From NCBI GenBank assembly GCA_024626585.2, contig JANKJI020000002.1, positions 156,445,162 to 156,459,647 of the forward strand: a stretch of 14,486 nucleotides of DNA. The letters run 5' to 3'. The translations under genes and the position numbers were made by a program. The notes beneath the pieces are model-generated. The model did no database searches. It saw only the letters and a program-made list of their open reading frames with translations, and was not told the origin of the DNA. This document shows positions 10,683 through 14,486 of this stretch, one piece after another. Numbering within the stretch: position 1 is the first letter of the stretch; every line of letters begins with the position of its first letter. Source of the stretch: Ginkgo biloba (taxonomy: Eukaryota; Plantae; Ginkgophyta).

Positions 10683-11446
10683 AGAGTGGTTGGTTTGAAA
10701 AATGGGGGGTTGGACTTTGTTGGAACAATCAACTCAACAACAAGATAGATGAAAGGTTGATATATACTAGTAGCTACAGATATGGTTACTAAATGGGTTG
10801 AAGCTCGACCATCATGACATTGCAATGCATGAAGCACAACATGCTTTCTTTACAAAATGACATCACTTGCTTTGGATGCCCCATCAAGATTGTCAGTGAT
10901 CATGGGGTAGGATTTTTAAATGGTACAATGAAGGATCTCACCTAAGAATTCATGATAATATACTTCAATTCCACTCCATAGTACCCCAGGGCTAATGGAC
11001 AAGCTGAAAGCTCAAAGAAAATGTTGCAAATTGTGCTAACATAGATTTGTGACTTGTGTCGATTTGAGCCAAGAAGATTCATTCAATAATATGGGCAAAT
11101 CCTACAACATATAAATGTGCCCATGGGANNNNNNNNNNGCCATTTCAGTTCGGCTATAGACTTGAAACCATTATTCCATTTGAATTCTAGGTCCCAAGTT
11201 TGTGCATTGCCATTAAGCACCAAATGGTTGAATTTGAATTGCATATCGTTTGACTCCATATACTATGACAAGATGTAATATGAGCACTCACTCATTGGGA
11301 ATCAGAGGCAGGCAAAAGACGCCAAAAAGCCTAGCATGGTTGCCACATCAAGGGCCGGGAGTTTAAATTTTGTATGGCTACATGGTCCTTTTGTATGATA
11401 GTAAATTTTGTACATGACCTGGTGAATTAAAGATGCATTGGCTTGC
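10683..11446 (+). pseudogene. Integrase core (rve, DDE) and C-terminus, non-chromovirus Gypsy, truncated at the GPY/F motif
   Basis: FEKWG/LDFVG, YILVATDMVTKWVEA, FGCPIKIVSDHG, STP*YPRANGQAESS, IPFEF*VPSL, RRQKA*H, VLLYDSKF..PGELKMHWL. The expected GPY/F does not follow. Confidence 0.95.
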
Positions 11447-11449
11447 TTT

Positions 11450-11797
11450 AGAAAATCACACTACCTATCGCATCCACACTATGAATGAAAATGGGTCGAT
11501 ATATTCATAACAATTAAACAAATCATTACCCCATATATTAAAACACTGCCATCATTAAAAGTTGTGCACATAAATGGTTGAAATTATTCTAAAGCAAAAG
11601 TTATAAAAATTACAAAATCTATAAAATGATTTTCAAAACATCAGAAAGTTCACCACATTAATGTGTTGAAATTATTCTAAAGCAAAAGTTATAAAAATGA
11701 CAAAATCTATAAAATGATTTTCAAAACATCAGAGAGTTTGTCATTCACATACAGTCGAGAAGACTAAATTATTGTGAGCTCCAGAAAATCACACTAC
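11450..11797 (+). repeat. Exact 15-bp direct repeat pair agaaaatcacactac
   Basis: Copies at 11450-11464 and 11783-11797 bracket the AT-rich block that contains the 74-bp repeats. Confidence 0.9.
11577..11738 (+). repeat. Two near-identical 74-bp direct repeats (period 88 bp)
   Basis: gttgaaattattctaaagcaaaagttataaaaat(t/g)acaaaatctataaaatgattttcaaaacatcaga(a/g)agtt at 11577-11650 and 11665-11738, with 2 mismatches. Confidence 0.97.
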
Positions 11798-12120
11798 ATG
11801 TCGTTGTCCTACCTGGTCGCACTATCCATCGCTGCGATTGGCATATAAAGTGCTGCAATCTGCGTGTAAATGATTGTGACTGACCGAAGAATTGTGACCA
11901 AACAAACAAAAGGAAGTCACTCTAAATTTATAGAAGCGTAAGAAGAGGAACTGAACATGACTCATTGTGTTCGATGTGCAGCTACAACTGAGGTGTTGGG
12001 CTGGGGGCACCCAATTGTCAGCAGGTGACATAACCTACAAGTGCTTTCAAAAAGTGGCAATCGGAGAACACAGACCACTGTTTCTTATTTGATTAAGTCA
12101 TATCAAAACACGTTAAACCA

Positions 12121-13294
12121 TCATTAAAGCAAGTGAGATGAGGTTAATCGTGAGGTGAGTGGTCATCATGATGAGTCAAGGGTTCCATCTTGGCACATCT
12201 TGATGTCTGGGTAGGTCAAATACCCAAATATTGATACTTGGGTCATTTTGCATGAGCTCTGCCTTTGGATTTCGACAATTTTCCAGTTTTAGGGGTTGGC
12301 ATCTGGATGACAAAGTTCATCTGATACTCTCTCAATGATTCTAGTCTGTTGGTTGTGATACATTGGATTTGCATTTAATGTGTTCTTATCTCAACTGGTA
12401 ATTGGGTAGAGCCAACTGACATTAGTTAATGCACTCTCAATTGATTGTTCGACCTTTTGTCAGAAAGTAATCAGCAAGACAACAATGAAGAATGTGCTAC
12501 TGTTTGCAGTTGAAATTTGATAGCATGATGTTCCATATCATGAGGTAAATTCATGCAATTTTTAGACAACCACCCACCCAAAGTGGTCATTCAAACTATA
12601 GGGTTAGCTACCTCTTTCAAAATTAATCTAGTGTTCTACGCTTCCAGCACATTAGTGTCTGCTATTAGCATGGTGGAAAAATGCCCGAGCTTGTTAGACA
12701 TCAATGATACAACAATTCACCAAGTTTCGAGTTTATCAATTTATGGAGTGGGAATTCTGCTGGCCGCTAATAAGGTAAATAGGCAAGCAATTACCAAAGA
12801 ATTTTGCATGAAGGCCAGTGATGCTTCAGATTTTGAAATTTGGGTTGAAGATCTGAAGGATATCAAAGTTCACACTACAGTGGATTACTGAGTTTATTAT
12901 CGCATAAATTTTGGGAAACCAGAAGAGTTACCACATTTTGACACAATCNNNNNNNNNNNNNNNNNNNNNNNNNNNNNNNNNNNNNNNNNNNNNNNNNNNN
13001 NNNNNNNNNNNNNNNNNNNNNNNNNNNNNNNNNNNNNNNNNNNNNNNNNNNNACTGTTTTTATTGGGTTGCTGTTTTCCCAATGGCCAAAGGCCGACTTG
13101 CCCATTAAAGATGATAGTCAAGAGTTTCCTTTTATTTGTTGGGTGGTTGGCTAAGCACATAAAAGGATTACTTACATCAGATAATACTCGATGCTACCGG
13201 CACAGAATGGGTAAAGTGTAACAATTGTTGAAAATAAAATGGTTATCATGAAATGTTGTGGAGATTCTGGAATGCTTAAAATAAAATTCCACTA
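12121..13294 (+). pseudogene. Decayed long reading frame of unknown family (ORF-X)
   Basis: One frame from 12175 to 12948 (~258 codons, includes ORF 12553..12891) has 10 stops, 8 TGA and 2 TAA, and protein-like composition. A similar frame resumes at 13053 after the gap. No motif recognised. Confidence 0.55.
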
Positions 13295-13482
13295 NNNNNN
13301 NNNNNNNNNNNNNNNNNNNNNNNNNNNNNNNNNNNNNNNNNNNNNNNNNNNNNNNNNNNNNNNNNNNNNNNNNNNNNNNNNNNNNNNNNNNNNNTAGAGG
13401 GACTATCTCCTGGCCAAGCACCCTTATTGTTTTTGTTTAACTATTAGGATCTAGTACAACTGGGGTCATATTCAATCCATCA

Positions 13483-13566
13483 TAGGCAGTACTTGAATTG
13501 GAAATTGAAGCGCATGCACTGCCATAGGTTGTAGTTGAAATGGAAGTTGAAGTGTATGCACAACCA
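13483..13566 (+). repeat. Degenerate in-frame 42-bp tandem duplication
   Basis: taggcagtacttgaattggaaattgaagcgcatgcactgcca / taggttgtagttgaaatggaagttgaagtgtatgcacaacca. Confidence 0.85.
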
Positions 13567-13798
13567 CCCAAAAAGGCAAAACTTGCATAGTTCAAGTAGG
13601 CAATCATTGCATATGGGGTAGAACCTTGGAATGATTNNNNNNNNNNNNNNNNNNNNNNNNNNNNNNNNNNNNNNNNNNNNNNNNNNNNNNNNNNNNNNNN
13701 NNNNNNNNNNNNATCTGTGCAAATGATGTTGGGGAGAATATTTTCAGACAAGCCAAATGAATGGAAATGGGAGGACTGCTTACCTATATTTGAGGATG

Positions 13799-13869
13799 GA
13801 TTGAAGAAATCCAAATGCAAGTTGTCTCATAAGATTGGAGAAATCTGAGTGCAAGTTGTCTAATCATAA
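13799..13869 (+). repeat. Degenerate ~34-bp tandem duplication
   Basis: gattgaagaaatccaaatgcaagttgtctcataa / gattggagaaatctgagtgcaagttgtctaatcataa. Confidence 0.85.
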
Positions 13870-14486
13870 CATCGGTAAGCTTACCGTTACTGCTAATGTT
13901 ACCCAGGTTCTGCTATGTGATTTGGTAGCCAAAGTGAAGGACCTCTAAAGGGGTGTGACAAAAGAAAAGATCAAATTCATTGATAATTTCCTAGATGTTT
14001 GGATGGAGGATGTTGAGCCCACAATAGATACCTATCAATGCTTCCTCCTCCACTTTAACAATCAAATCCCAGAGGGCTTAGAGCACATTATTCCCAAATT
14101 AGGGTCTTGAATTTTACAGGTTAATCGGGATTAGGAGGAAATCTTTGTATCAAATATGACAAGGTCGAAGAAACACTCCCCAGAAAAAAGTTGAAAAGGG
14201 ATTGGAGGACTGGNNNNNNNNNNNNNNNNNNNNNNNNNNNNNNNNNNNNNNNNNNNNNNNNNCCCTCAACACACATAGGAGTTGACAAAAATGCGTAGCA
14301 AGCACCATGCAAAAATGTAGCAGCCAGAAAACAAAACCATTGCCTTGGCTCGAATATTGCAGTAGGTAGGAATTGGAAATCCTTGGGAATTTCAACCTCA
14401 TTACTAAGTATTGTTGTTGAGCAAGGACCATCTCGATTTTGTGGTTTTGACAAATTTGTGATTGTGTTAGCTGAAAATTTTTCTAG

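Larger units (their letters stand above)
6500..11446 (+). mobile_element. Degenerate Ty3/Gypsy element B (non-chromovirus type), interrupted; RT/RNase H not visible
   Basis: LTR-end/PBS-like site (~6576-6591), gag, Zn knuckle, protease and integrase occur in order on the plus strand. That the integrase belongs to the same copy is assumed across insertions and a 100-N gap. Confidence 0.8.
350..14262. other. Thirteen assembly gaps (N runs)
   Basis: 350-378, 1043-1142, 2639-2658, 3473-3572, 6592-6691, 7727-7737, 8728-8737, 10583-10682, 11129-11138, 12949-13052, 13295-13394, 13637-13712, 14214-14262. Five are exactly 100 N, a placeholder length. Confidence 0.99.
13395..14486 (+). pseudogene. Decayed reading frame(s) of unknown family (ORF-Y), split by gaps
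   Basis: Plus-strand segments QPPKKAKLA*FK*AIIAYGVEPWND; WKWEDCLPIFEDGLKKS; VLLCDLVAKVKDL*RGVTKEKIKFIDNFLDVWMEDVEP; LGSNIAVGRNWKSLGISTSLLSIVV. Stop density is low (4 in ~126 codons from 13835, 1 in ~74 from 14263). Confidence 0.5.

Noticed and set aside
1-11446. An intact or active retrotransposon, or a host protein-coding gene
   Set aside because: Every domain has multiple stops or frameshifts, no paired LTRs are visible, and no host-gene exon is recognisable.
11577-11738. CRISPR-like repeat-spacer array
   Set aside because: Only two 74-bp units with a 14-bp interval, no cas genes, and a eukaryotic retrotransposon context.
13873-13886. Perfect 14-bp palindrome cggtaagcttaccg
   Set aside because: About one palindrome of this length is expected by chance in 14 kb.
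12875-14453. Minus-strand ORFs spanning N runs (e.g. 13437..13820, 14121..14453)
   Set aside because: Lengths are inflated by N codons, there are no motifs, and they are probably antisense to the decayed plus-strand frames.

Overview
Eukaryotic, AT-rich, heavily gapped draft-assembly window (13 N-runs) that reads as a land-plant transposon graveyard. Fern or gymnosperm is my guess from the element types and is not shown by the sequence. No intact gene is present. 1-3472: minus-strand degenerate Ty3/Gypsy pol (post-gag linker, protease, RT start, RNase H, integrase Zn-finger). 3573-4411: probable 3' end of another LTR element (decayed small ORF, PPT-like tract, short LTR). ~4412-6170 and ~6500-11446: two diverged, head-to-tail plus-strand relatives of one Gypsy family. 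Copy A is LTR end, PBS-like site and truncated gag. Copy B is gag, Zn knuckle, protease and integrase, with a foreign gag fragment and an antisense chromovirus-type integrase where RT/RNase H should be. 11447-14486: the integrase is cut off by a non-Gypsy segment with near-perfect short repeats, then ~2.4 kb of decayed plus-strand protein-like reading frames that I cannot assign to any family. This last segment is the best novelty candidate. All translations and alignments were done by eye.
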